This document shows positions 40,386-53,800 of a DNA stretch of 64,000 nt, in pieces. This DNA comes from Lama guanicoe. Taxonomy: Eukaryota. Location: assembly GCA_013239625.1 (NCBI GenBank), contig MU053347.1, positions 92,132 through 156,131 on the forward strand. Reading direction: 5' to 3'. The position numbers were made by a program, and so were the translations under genes. Under the pieces are notes generated by a model. That model searched no databases and had not been told where the DNA came from. It saw nothing but the letters and a program-made list of their open reading frames with translations. Each line of letters starts with the position of its first letter. Position 1 is the stretch's first letter.

Positions 40386-41308
40386 TCATTTAAAATTGTA
40401 AGTATTAAGTACTTGTTCCAGAATCCTTTCTTTTCTGTTTTTAAAAATTTGTTTCCAAGATTCTTAAAATGGTCATAGCTAAGTAGTATAGGTGGGGAGA
40501 CAGATGGAGAGAGGTAGTGTGGCTCATGTGCAAACTGTGAGCACTTTCATGGCTGCCTTTACACTGGAAAAGCCACTGAAGAGCCCAGGTCAGACCAGGG
40601 GTGGCTTTGTATGCACTAGAAAGCCAGCTAGGTGGGCGAGTAGATGATCAAGGTCGAATGGAGGTTATTGGCTGCACAGAGCACTGTGTCTGAGAACTGG
40701 AGACCATCGCCATGGGAAATGCTTGGTGCCGGGAACACTGCAGGGGAGCTGGGGTGCCTGTGTGTCAAGGATTTTCAAGCCCTGGGAGTGGGAAGATCAG
40801 ACTCTGCATTCAGATCTGCGTTTGAATTTATCCTCTTTAGTTTACTGGTCATCAGACTTTTGTCAAGTTATATACCCTCTTTCAATTCCTGTTTTCTTGT
40901 CTCTAATAATAGGAGAATTACGGCCTGCTGCTAGAGTATTTGATCAGGGTAAATAATTTGTGTCTATAAGATGCCATGTACAGCCACAATCTCAGTGAGA
41001 AATGGGCTGTCGCCACTTATTCTGCAACTCAGTGCTTGACAAGACATGGGGGAAAGCCAGTCCCTAATTTGTGTGTGATGCAAGTAGGAACAAAATTAAC
41101 GTCTTGCCTTTTCCTAGCAGTATTCGTACTCCTTTGCTTCATTTACTTCTTACCTCCTTTCCTTTCCCCTTTCCCATCCTCCACCAAAAGAGCCTGAGAC
41201 TGTCTCAGATCACTAGTTTCAAATTACTTTAAAGGTTGGCTCATCCTCATGAAATGACAATAACATAAAAAAAATCTGTACACATCCCAGAATACATTGT
41301 ATTTGATT

Positions 41309-41342
41309 TACACACACACACGCGCACACACACACAAACACA
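41309..41342. repeat. (CA)n microsatellite
   Basis: Direct inspection. Confidence 0.9.
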
Positions 41343-42721
41343 ATCAGGCTACCTCCCACTTACTGAGGGAGAAGGAACACTTTTCCTGAGTTTTCATTCA
41401 CTGAGCGTGAGAACAAAGTCTCTTATGCAGACATTCACCAGGCTTCGTGCATGGTGTTTTTAATTGGATTTCTGCTTTGTGGCCATAGATGTAGTCTTCT
41501 AATAGAAGAGAGAAAGTGGAAACATAGACATTCTGCTGAGATATTGGTGTCATCATATTTGAGTTGGAAAGGACTTAAAACAGCATGGAGTCGTAACTTT
41601 TTATGGGTGAGAATCCATGATGGTGTAACTTGGACAAGAAACTGGGTCTTCTGCCATCTTGTCCACGGGGGTGAAGAGGCAACTGGGCAGAGGATGGCAG
41701 GGATCCATCTTGCTTGAGTTCCATGTTCTTGCTAGTTTTCATTGCTCAGCTGCCTTTAGTTATGTCCATGAGGACTCTCATGGGAAGGTCACTCTGTCCT
41801 GATAGATTGAGTTTCTTATCAGCAAAAAGCTCTGGACCCACTCATATTTCCCAGAGATTTATGCTGACCTGCTGACACTTTACATAAATGAGACCTAAGA
41901 AACTACTGAATATAAAATCCATATTGTTATCATTTGCCCTCAATTTCCATAGGAATGGGGTGTTGTCTCAGGCTGTCTAAAGCTAGGTCTGAACAAAGAT
42001 AGGGTGATAGGCTGTGCTGCTGGACCTCCCCAGTCGAAGGGGATTTCCACCTTAGTTTTTAAAATCAGGCAGATGAGTTCAAATCTTGCCTTTACCAGTT
42101 ATTATCTTTGACTTGGGGGAGAAACTGTACTTTTTTTGTGTCCAATTTTCTTTATCTGTAAATAAGTTCAGTATTTATTTTAAGGTTTCTGTTTTAGAAT
42201 TGAATGAGCTAATTCCCTCATTTATACCTAAAATAGTGATCGCGTGGTTCTATGCTGGTGCCTTGGTAGTTGATTACTAAGGGACTCGGCAGTGAGAATG
42301 GGGGTGGGGGACCCCTGGATAATAGAGCTTATATTCCAGGATATGCTTGTAAAAGTCTGGATGTGCAGTGGATTTTTAGTAAATATCCACTCCTTTCCTA
42401 ATCTGCATTGTGTATATATCTTTATACTAATATATGAACAATTTTTATTGTAATTTAAATCTTATTAGTATTTAAATATGTAGCTATAAAAATATGTGAA
42501 ATAAAATGATTTGACTTTTATTTTCTTTTCAATAAGCAAAACAAAATAAAATAGAAAAGAAAAAAAGTTTTGAAGCAGTAGAAATAGTTTTATTTCCGTG
42601 GAATCAATTCAGTATAATAGGTTTTTTGGTCGTATTGTTAAACAGCATATAAAATTGATAGGTTGTGACATACTGGAAATGAGGAAACAGTGGAGACATA
42701 CTACCTCTAATGCAGTCATTT

Positions 42722-43261
42722 TGTTACCAAGTCCAAACTCGATCTGCTTGCTGCATGACAGGCCAATAAATCGGGAGATGAGATGTTGGAGTAAGGAATA
42801 GTGACTTTATTTGAAAAGCTGGCAGACCCAGAAGATGGCATAATGATATCCTGCATAACTCTCTTCTCCAAGTCAGAATTCAGTCTCCTTTTATACTAAA
42901 AAGCGGCAGGGATGTGGTTGGTTGTTGCAAACTTCTTGCTGTATGAATTGTTTGTCCTTGGAATTCTTTGATCTTGCAGTTGTCCATGTGGGTCAAATCA
43001 TGGTGCCCCTGTAAAACCTCCAAAAAAAACCAAAGGCTATTCTGTATTTTGCAACTTGCCATCTCTACATAAGTGTAGAAGAGCAAACATCCTCAAAGAT
43101 CAGAACCCGGAGAATAGGCTCTCCTGGATATTTCAAGCTAAAGGCAACTTTCTTTTACAAAAGGTGCAGAGCTAGAAAGTCTGAGCCTAGAAAACAGGGT
43201 AGAGGTTTAAAGCCAAACGAACACATCTAACATGGAGTCAAATTTGTTCTTTTCTATTACA
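42722..43261 (-). mobile_element. ERV1 solo LTR (MER41/LTR39-like), copy C
   Basis: TGTTACC...ATTACA termini, 4-bp TSD ATTT (42718-42721 and 43262-43265), AATAAA on the minus strand (~42806), homologous to 5485-6005. Confidence 0.9.
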
Positions 43262-44149
43262 ATTTCTTTTTCCACATCATAAATACTTTTAGTAAGAAAC
43301 ATAAGCAATTTTTTAATTTTTGCTCCTCAATAACGGATAAGTGGGCCAACTAAAGTTTTGTGAGCAGGGATGCTGTGCATGCCTTGGGGTCACAGCAAAC
43401 TCTTGTTGGGGGTGGTCGAACCTGCAACATGTCTGATACCCCGTGACTGTTGTTGAGAGTCCCCCTAAACAGAGGCTCTCTTCAGGAACAACCATATGGG
43501 CATTGACCTCTGGAGACCTCTTTTCAGCTGCAGGAAATTTTTTCAGATACTGTGATGGAAAAATCACTCCAGCTGGGGATAATCAGGGAATAAAGGAAGA
43601 GGAAAAGGGCTTGGAGTAGAGTAGAAGAGAAGGACAGAAGATCAGGGAGCCCGGGGGCTTGGCAGCGGGGCCTCGGAAGAGAGAGGAGCAGAGGTGGGGA
43701 GGGGCCCGGCTCCGGAACCAGCTCCTGCACCTGTCCCCGCACCCAAGCCACACAGCTTTTAATTGGGCCCAAGACTCTCTCCTATCTGGATGTCACCCTG
43801 GGCAGAACCTTGAGAATCGAAGGTAAGGGGTGGGCAGCACTCCCCTATGGGTCACTGAGGACTTTGGTCAAGTCCACAGTGCCTTTTCTGGTCATGTGCC
43901 TTCACCTGTTCTTTATCTCAGGATCTGAGAAGCAGGAGCAAGGAACTCAAGGAGAGATCCAGGAAGACATCTGACTGTGTTAAGAGACGACAATCACAGC
44001 GACACGGGGAGCAAAGACGCAGCAAAGTAAAATAACTTCACAATTATTGCATCAGAGCTGCAGGTGTGAGAGAGCTTAAGCCTGTCTCAGAGTGCAGGGG
44101 ACAAGAGGAAAGGAATGGTAAAATTAACAATGACAATTGAAATTTTGTT

Positions 44150-44682
44150 AAATAGCATGCTACTGTTTATTGCATCACTTGAATATATGCTGGTGTATTT
44201 CAATGAGCATTTATAGGTTCACACAACCCCACCAGCCCCTCTTGCTCCCATAGGAGATGGGAGTTCTCAAGCACAGTGCCCCTCCTGCTTGAGTGGGCCA
44301 CACTGCGGGTCCTCGCCTGGGGCCGGACTGCTACAGGACACTCAGTCTCCGAGGCACGGCCTGGCATACATGACAAGAACATTTCTGCTCTTGACTGGGG
44401 GCCTCCTATTCCTCCTGCAGTGTAAGAATGCCGGTGACTCAGTTCGAAGCATGCATCCAAGCCGTCCTTCTGTGTCATCACCATCTAGAATCGGTGACTG
44501 AATCTTCTGAATTTCTCCAGAATGTGGATTACAATCACCTTCGACAAGTGAGTGTGTGTCCTCTTTCAAGTGGAGGAATTACTGCCATTTTCCTGGAACT
44601 TACTCACCACTAGTCCATCTGATTTTTCTGTGCTAGGATTCAGTATGGCCTGCTAAAAATTCTGCAGTCAGATCTTGAAACC
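44150..44682 (-). other. Predicted terminal exon (GFKI-stop plus ~500-nt 3'UTR) of an unidentified minus-strand gene
   Basis: Acceptor aatttcctcttcatcAG|GGT TTC AAG ATC TGA (44682-44668). AATAAA on the minus strand at 44171-44166. Phase 0 matches the exon at 63226-63320. Confidence 0.5.
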
Positions 44683-45199
44683 CTGATGAAGAGGAAATTA
44701 TTTATTTCTTTATATGATAGTATTTTACTTTCAAAATTCAGAGTTTTCGGTTTTGGAGGAATTTTTTCGGAGGTTGGAGAAACAAATTTGCTCTTACCAT
44801 CTTTGCGACCTGTTGCTTTATGCCTCTCACCTGACTTCTGTCACTTGTGAGGCGGTTCCATTTGTGACCCTGTATATGTACCCTGTTCATGTTATAAAAC
44901 ATAAAGTCTGTAAAAGTACAGTCCCTTTTACTCCGAAGATATTCCACAAATACTCCTTAAATCTGGGTGTGGTTTTAAGAAGACAGAATCATTAGAACGT
45001 GTCCTTGCAGGTTGCTAGTGCAAAATCCCGAAATCAATAGTCTAGCTCAACATCTAAAATCTTTCTAATCTACCTTGGATTTGTAGGGATAAGTGAAGCA
45101 GTTTGCTAAAAACTCAAGACCAGGTTTAGAATACAGGCTGGTGTAGCTCAGCAGGTCCTCCCAAGCTGATGCTCTGCCAGAGGGCAGGGCCGAGGGGAG

Positions 45200-45680
45200 A
45201 GGGCGTGTCCTGCCCTGCCTGAGCTGACAGTTTGACGACAAAGACTTTCACCAGGTGAAGAACTTGGAGTTTCTTCTAAGAACTGTGGGTTTGAAAAGAG
45301 TCCAAAATGCGCGGGAGTGACATAATCCCATTTGTCTCAAGTAGGGGAGAGTGGCTGTGGGGCCACTTGGGAGACTCGTGTGTCCCGGTGGGCAGTGTTG
45401 GTGGCTTCCACTTGAGCGGTGGGACGGTCAGTGTGTAAAAGGGAACAGATTGAAGGCATGTTTAGATGGTAAAAAGGAAAGGATGAATGATGTCTGTGAA
45501 GGTAGGATGGAGTAAGGCCCAGGTTTCTGTGTGGATTAATGAGGTAAATGATGGTCCAGCTTTAGTCTGAGGAGGGAAAGCTGCAGAGGGATTTCTGGAG
45601 AAAAACTGATGAGTTCAGCTGTGGGTAAAGTGAAAGGCTGTTCGATGTTTGGTCTGGGAGCTCAGGTGAGATCCAGTAGT
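45200..45680 (-). mobile_element. L2 LINE fragment
   Basis: ggcatgtttagatggtaaaa...gcccaggtttctg...gatgagttcag...ggtctgggagctcagg. Confidence 0.65.
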
Positions 45681-48600
45681 GAGTAGGGTGAGGGGAGAGA
45701 CGCTTTCAAATCATTTTGTCTTGTGAACATACAAATAAGTATGAGTAATGACACACTTAACACCTCTATATTCTGGATTTAAAGCCCAGTAACATTTTGC
45801 TATTCTGACTGCAGACGTTCTTAATTTTATTTTAATAGAAATAAATAGAAACAAAATAGTAGAGTTAATGAATATCTTAGAGTTGATGTGTGTCCTTGTA
45901 TGCATTTTTATACCTCATCTGTTTATAACCATAATCTACAAAAGTTAGCTTGCTTAGCATAAGAATTAAACAGAGGGCCTTGACACACACTCTTGTGTGT
46001 TGAAGCTGATCTTCTTGGGCAAATTATGTCACGTCTCTGTGCCTTAGTTGCATCTTCTGTGACTGTCCCTGGGCCCCTCATAACAGCTGATTTCCTAGAT
46101 TAGATGTTGGGAGGGAGGCTGCTGAAGGGAGTAAGAAGTGGCAACTTCTAGGGATACTGAAGAAAGAGACAAAAACAGATTAAAGCCGAGAAACTGAGTA
46201 CAAATACCCTCAAAAGAGAAAGAATCCCGCAGTGTTTTGAGCCACTTAGTGTAAGGGAAACAAAATCACGTGGACCCAAAATCTTGAGCATGAAATTATT
46301 GTGGGTGGGAGGGTGTAATCAGAAAAGGGTTGAGAAAAGCCTCTTCATTTCCCTTGACGTTTCCAGTAAGGATGGGGAGCAGAAGTGAAAACCCCCTGCT
46401 TCACAGTTGAAGGTGCTGTTTTGTGCGAAACTGACCAAAGGTTGGAAATCACTCATCAGCGATGCTGGCAAATGAGAGGCTTCGGATTGGCTAGGGGACT
46501 TGCTGTGACTTCCAGGTGACCTGCTGGCTTGGGGCTGTGAGGCGGGCAGTAGGTTTGCAGGGTGACCTGGGCATAATCCCTGGCTCTGGGGCTGCTGGTC
46601 TGACTAGCAAACCTGGGCGCACGCTGTCCTAATGCGGCAGCTCGGGATGTGGCCTGGGACAGCTGCCGTCCTGAGGGCAAGAGGGCTTCCCTGAGGGGGT
46701 GTCCCTGCGGAGAGTGGAAACGTCCACCTGCAAGAGAGGAAGAGCCTCTGAGCAAGGGGCCGGATGCACAGGCAAGACCAGCCTGAGCACGGAGGTTTCT
46801 GGGAGCCGGAAGTCATACAGTGACCCAAACCGCCTTGTTCCTGAGAGACTGGAGAGAAAAGATGCTGAAAAGTCAGACTAGGGTCACACCCTGTGTTGGG
46901 TTATGAGTGACAGGAGAGGACTCTTCAGGCAGGCACGAGAGAACCCTGTGGGCATCCCAGCTGGGGCGTCACGACGAAGGGAAGAACAGAGTTATAGACT
47001 TTGCCACTTATTAGCTGTGTGACTTTGAGCAATATCACCCCACCTCTCTATATATCTATCTTCATCTGTTAAATGACAGAGTGACCAGCTCGTGCCATGA
47101 GAAGGCTTAGTTTAGCTCTGATCCTCTTTGTGCAGTCCTGTCAATGCTTCCCTGCAAGGTTCTACAGCGACTGCTCTTACCCTGAGAAGGGAGGGCGTAG
47201 AGGGACATTGTAGCACCCGAGGGCAGGAAGGGGTTGCTTTAAAAGCAGCCATGTAATCGCCTGCAGCTGCAGACCTGCAGGCAGCTTGGTTGACGGTCCT
47301 TGAGAGGACTTTGGAGGCCTTAGCATTGTCTTAAGTCTTGTTTTCCCTTGGGGACCGGATTTGCCTTTGCAGATTGATGTTGAAGATTTGGGCTTCTGGC
47401 AAAGCTGCTTTCAGAAATAGGCATATACTTAACATATAGTATAAAATAAAATGATTTATTTAACGTGTGCGACTTTGCAGCTGTTGGGAACAGCTCTGTT
47501 GGCCTGGTATCCACGGAGGACACCAAGTATCAGCAGAGCGTGCGGGAGGGCAGGCAGCCTGCGGTGCTGCTGTGGGGGGTTCTCCCCAGCACGGTGCTAT
47601 GCTGAGTTGACTCTTCTATGAGTTTGGTTGCCAGAGGAGCAGACAGCAAACTAATGATTTCTGGTGGGATTGTATAATGACAGGAAGAAAGAGGGACGCG
47701 TAGGTTTTCAGGACTAAAACACGCTTTTGTTTCCTGATCCAGCGTGTTCCATTACAGAATTGATGAGTTGTGTCTATTCTGGGACTTCATTGAAATAAAC
47801 GTTCAGCCTAAATGTTAAGGGCTTTGTTTTATTTGGCTGGAGGACTCGAGCCGGGATGACATCCTCTCAGATCACTCCGAGGGACTGCTCCCAAGAGGTA
47901 GGGGAGGAGCTAGGATATATAGAATCTTTACAACAAAGACCAGGTAATTGGAACAATAAAATATTGCTTGTTATCTAAAGAAAACCAGATATCTCAAGTT
48001 CAAGTATTTAGTGCTTTTCTATGTATGGTGGGATGCAAACATTTGGGTCATTGAATTCCTTCCTTTGGCAAGTACCAAGCTGTCTAGGGCCAGTATCCTG
48101 TCCTTTCTTACTCTGAGTCCGCTCAGAGGGCACCACTGTGAGTGGCTGAGAGGCTGGGCTGCAGGCATGTCCTCGCTGGGGGTTGGCAGCAGCCACTGAT
48201 GGCTTGGTTTCAGCATTCTTTGTTTACTGACATGGTTGCAATATTTTCATTCACATTGTAGTATTTTCATTCACAGTGCTCCCCCATGATCCTAAGTTCG
48301 ACCAATATTTTAAGAGACATTTCATGACCAATTTTGTCCCACGGTGCTAGGATGGCTCATTCCTAGTTCAGGTGAAGAATCTTCTGAGTTGCCATTCAAG
48401 GTGTTAGTTTTTTTATCAGGACCTGTTGATACTAAAAGTTCTCTGGATCAACTGTCTTACTAGTCTATTATAATCCAGGAAGTGTTTACCCTTCATTGCT
48501 CATTCCCATACCTGGAATCACACTATTACAATTACTTTATTCAGGGTTATAAATTTTATCTATTTCTTCAAGATGTTTAGCCATCATCAATCTTGTAGGC

Positions 48601-49169
48601 CTAGTTACACATTTGGAAATATAACAGACAACAATTTTATAAAATAGACAGTATATAAGTAATAAAGCTAGTAACGTTAAAAAAGTCACGAGAAAAAATT
48701 TAATAGTCGAGAAGTTGTATTTTTGGGTTAAAATTTTGCTTGTGTTTCTGATTGAGTTTGATCTTATGAGAAAGTTCATATTTATGGTCAGGGTCATAGC
48801 AGGTATTAGTTGGCTAGGTGAGGTCTCCCACCTTGTAAGATCAACTGTGGCCTAAACAGAACTATAATTTCTTTTTAGAATAACGTTTCTGAGGGCTATC
48901 TAGTTAGAGCCTTGGAGTAGGGCAACCCACCAAGGTAACACAGAAGTACTATACATAGATAATTTACCATAAACTTAACAATTGGTGTAGTTCATAATCA
49001 AAGGTAGGAGAAATTATCAAAGTAATTGGCATACAGTCCTGGTCCGGTGTCTTGGGTCAGCTGTCTAACTCAGATGTCGTCGTCTCCTCATCCTGGCCTG
49101 GTAGATTTCTCTCCATTTGGGCATTGTTTTAAGGTGAGCAGTGCTCTATAGGCCAGTGCACTGCAGGGG

Positions 49170-49340
49170 CTGTTTCTGATAGGAAATGTATCCGAGAGTC
49201 CGTTTCCTTCAGATTTGGTTTGTATGGTCTAGTTAAGAGTACCTGAAAAAGTGTCCTTCCGTTCAGGTTGGAAACAGTTCTTTAAGTCATGCCTGTTCCA
49301 GTATGTATAATCCCCTGGCTGCAGGTCATGGGGCATTGGA
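49170..49340 (-). pseudogene. Retroviral integrase C-terminal remnant
   Basis: HDLQPGDYTYWNRHDLKNCFQP..KDTF/QVLLTRP...ETDSRIH with a frameshift resembles gammaretrovirus-like IN LQPGDxVYWKRH...LQPRWKGPYQVLLT...DSWIH. Confidence 0.75.
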
Positions 49341-50755
49341 AATTTACCCAAGGATAGATTACTGAGCTTCAGTAACAAACCTAGAGTATCCTTTTCATAA
49401 TTCAATTAAACTGTACAGCAATGTGACATAACAACAAGGAATGATCTGGGAAGTGTCTTAGTAAATATGGACCTCAATTAACAAAACTAGAATTTAAAAT
49501 CCACTAAAATATAATCTTTTTCTCTCTAAAGTTACCCTCAATTTTCTCAAATAAAGCCAAATGAAGATTAATTTCTTTACAAGTTAAGTCTGATTATTTG
49601 ATCATATAGGCTTTTTTAAATTGGCTGTGTTGGAAGTTTTAATACAGAGTCTAAGGATAGAATGTTAATAAGGTTTGCTAAGGCCAGGAAAGCCATGTCA
49701 AGGCTTGTAATGGGTTTCTGTCTTACAGATTTAGGTAAATTCTTTTCTCTTTAAAATCCTTAAAATAACTTTATAGTCCTATATCTGTTAGGAGATGATC
49801 TTCCTAATTTGTCTGATAGAGCCACTGGGGACCTAAGTGTTTTTAGTCTCTTGAGGGATCAGATAGAGAGAAAAGATAACTGTTTGAAGTCTGATTACAT
49901 AGGTATAATTTATCAAATTGCTGTGAATCATAACTAGCTTAAGGAGAAGAGATTCTTTATGTCTGGGAAACAGGTTAAAAGCGAGTAGTATTTCAGACAA
50001 AATCAAAAATTATAACCCTATACACCAGTTTACTCAGTCCCATGTAACTAATTTTTTAATGAGAGTTTTCATTAGAACTTTAAAATTTCTTAACCAGTTT
50101 AGTTCAGTGCTATAGTATGAAATTTATTAGAAATCAGTAAATCTCCTTGAAGAGAAAGCATTTAGCAAAACCATCAGAAGAAAACTATTAACTGTCTATA
50201 AATGACAAAAGATTTAAAAGCATGGTTAAACACCGTTACACTATAATGGATAAAGAAACCTGTTCACTATACCCAGAATTATCACTGGTAACATTTTAGA
50301 TATACCAGAATTTTAGGGAGTCCATATAATTTCTACAATATCTATATTAATAATATTTTCTCATTCAATATAACCTTAGAAGATTTATTATTCATTTGAC
50401 AATACCATGTTATTTAACATGCCAAATGAAACTTACTAGTTTAAAATCTCTCTTTGGGATGATTCAGGAGCCCTCTGAAGCATCCCAAAGTTCACTGGAG
50501 ATTAAAAGATCTTTAATTAGAAATTGATTTTGGGGAGTTTGTTAAAAGATTTCAGAACACTTGATCAGATAAACATATAGATCACTGTAAAGTAGTACTA
50601 ATTCATTAACAAGAAAATACGTCAAAGGTAAAGGCAGAACAGATCAGCTAAGTGGTATAAGAAGTTTTACAATCTGTTACTGAAGGTGGATTAACATTTT
50701 AAGAAAATTTTTTCCTCTTAACAGAGAGAAAACCAAATCTAATCTTGTTCCAGCT

Positions 50756-50843
50756 NNNNNNNNNNNNNNNNNNNNNNNNNNNNNNNNNNNNNNNNNNNNN
50801 NNNNNNNNNNNNNNNNNNNNNNNNNNNNNNNNNNNNNNNNNNN
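50756..50843. other. Assembly gap
   Basis: N run. Confidence 1.
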
Positions 50844-53800
50844 GGTTTCCCCTAAGCCTTCCACAGCTTTCTGTACTCATATTAGTGTGTCCCTTATTTT
50901 CTCTTCCATTCAGAAGTAACCAGCTGCAGGAGAAAGTCACTATTTTTCATTAACAAAATATAATTCCATTCTTATATCTTCCTTTACACATTTATAATAC
51001 TTTCCTAGGATACTGAGATCAATCCCATGCTAATAGAGACTATTTCAGTGTTGCACCAATCATTTATTAATAATTCTAAACACCTTTAGTCTCACTGTAA
51101 GAGGAAGTTAAATGTTAAGTAATTCATATTTCAATCTTACTTTATCTGAAAATGGCATAGCTATTTAATAAAATCCTATCATTTAACTTAATTTAGCACA
51201 ACTCTAGAATTTAAAGAAACCAAACATTTAGAGATTATCTTAAGCATACATTTTAAAAATATATTTTAATAATTTACCCAAAGCTGTCACCTCATTTGCA
51301 TTTAATTTACATAAATTTTTCCACACCACATTACTATTATATTTTTCTTGACAAATCTGCAACAGATATAACAGGGTCTTATTTGACTTTCATTAAACCT
51401 AGGTACAGTAAAGGTATTATACTTAATATTGATGACTTTAAATATGTCTATATTAAGTAGAACATACTTGAACTAAAAAATATCAAATATTATCTTAATA
51501 TTGAATATTTTCCAGTTCACGTGATGCTGAAGATCAATTTGTTCAGTTTTTATTTAAAAATACTTAATTTTTAAGTCAATTAAGCAGAGCTCTTTGACTT
51601 TAATTTTTCTTTTTTAGCAGTAGAAATATCTCACATCTATAATGTGTATGCAGGCTTATAAAAAGACATAAGCAAGAGACCTCATAGCTTCACTTTAAAA
51701 CTTACTTATAAGATAGGTATAATAATAGTTGGAGTAAGCTGAATTTGCTGGCTCAAATCACTAAGGCTTACTATTTATGAAATAGACAGTTAAGATTGCT
51801 TGCCAAAGTCTGAAGGACCCGTCAGAGTTCTGAGTTCTAAAATGCCAAAAATTTCTTGGCCTTAAGTTCTATTTCATGGAGCTAATTAATTAGGCTCAGT
51901 CCTAGGTCACTGTTTGCTGTATTTACATTTCTGATCGGCAAGACAAAGACACACACTTCCAGTTCCCCAGGAAACTGCTCTGTCACCCAGACCCAATTTT
52001 ATGTCCTTAATTGGCATGTTTTTATCAATGAAAAGAGGTGTAAACAAAGAATTCCATGTTTTAAAACTTTAAGGTTTACTTTATCATGTCTTCCAAAGCT
52101 TGCATAAGGCATTCAGTAAGGTCTCAAGCTTAGGCCCTTCTCAGTTTTTAATTTGATTAATTGGTTTGTTGTCCCAATCATTGATCAGTATTTCAGTCTA
52201 TATATACATATATTTTAAACTGTGGTGAATAAAACGGGCTTGTTTCAACTTTAATGTTGGGGGGTGTAGGTGTTCTCTTTGGCCCTTTTTTTTAAACTTT
52301 ATGTAGTGTAGTATCAAAACCTTGTATCTAAATCCAAAAATGTCCATTTTATTTATCTCATTCAAAATAACAATATAAAAATATTTATCCATTTGGGATA
52401 AGCCCGTTATCTCTCTTTTTTTTTTGACATTTTCACAATCCTTTTTCCAGTTATTCAAACTAATTAACATTAATTATTCTACGTTTTTATTAGCATCTCT
52501 AGAACCATTTATCGGAAAGGAAAAACACAAATGTAGCTTTTCAAACCAGTTTTATTTTTGTAATAAGTTCTTAGGTTAAACATTAGATATATTTTTCTAC
52601 CTTTAAACTTGATTATAATAGGTACCAATAAAACAGCTGTTTATAATTAGATCTCTTTCAACTTTCACCAATTTAAAATTTTTTTGAAATTAAAGGATCC
52701 ATCATATGGCCATCAATTTATATATATATATATAGTGATTTTAAACCAATAACATGAAAAGGCTCTTCCACATGAGAGTGGTGGTGTTGCCTAAATAAAA
52801 TTCAAAGGTTTATTCTCCAAAAGCTAAAGGCCTTTGTGGTCCAGGCTGATGCAACAAAGTTAAAGATGGCAAAATATCTGAAAACTGGTACAATCAAAGA
52901 ATTGCTTAGAATCCCAATTTATTTGCGTGGCCACCATATGTACACAATACTTGAACCTTTTATATGGCAGAGTCAAAGGTTTCCTTTAAAAAATAAAGTA
53001 AACATGTATATACATACATACACACACTTAAAACACCCAGAGAAAGATAAAACATTTACATTTCAAGGACACAGTAAGAGAAATCCAAGTTCCCCCTAAA
53101 GGGGATTTTGTTTTTATAAGTTCAGAATTCCAAAAAATGTTTTTATCAGGCATGGTTAGTTACTTTCAGAGTGAGTTTTTTTTTTTTCCTAATTCCCAAT
53201 TAATGTTGTAAGTTTTGTACATACATAAACCTGGCTGGGATAATAGTTGGAGGCTGACAATCTGTCATTTCTTTTCCTTTTCTTTTCTGTTTTTCATATT
53301 TTTTTGAAAGTTCTATTCCCCATTGTAAGGTCTGATTCTCAGAATAAATTTGCTAGTAAGATTTCCCGCAGGGACAACTCTGTGGCCTGAAGTCTTTGCC
53401 TCTACCACTCCTGCGAGATACTCTGTAACCCGAGAAAGCTGTTGCCAGCCAGGAGGAGGGTCCCATTTTTGGAGTTGAAAGGTTCCTCATAAGAGTTTTA
53501 TTTTACCCTGAAAAATTCAATGGAGGTAACTAAATTGAGGAAAACATTAGACCAGCCTCTTACCTAACCACTCAGTCCTGAACCCAGTGTCTTTCAACTT
53601 GGACCCACTCGGGACGTCTCCACTGGGTGAATATTTTCCTCGTATGTTTCCATCAGCCCCACTTTGGACATCTCCTCAAAGTGGGTATTTCTCGTTATCT
53701 TTCAACCAGGCCCCAACCAGTATGTCTCCACTGGGTGGGTAATTCACCGCATTTTCTTTCAACTGGAGGGCCAGGTACCTGGATACACCGCCAGATAAAA

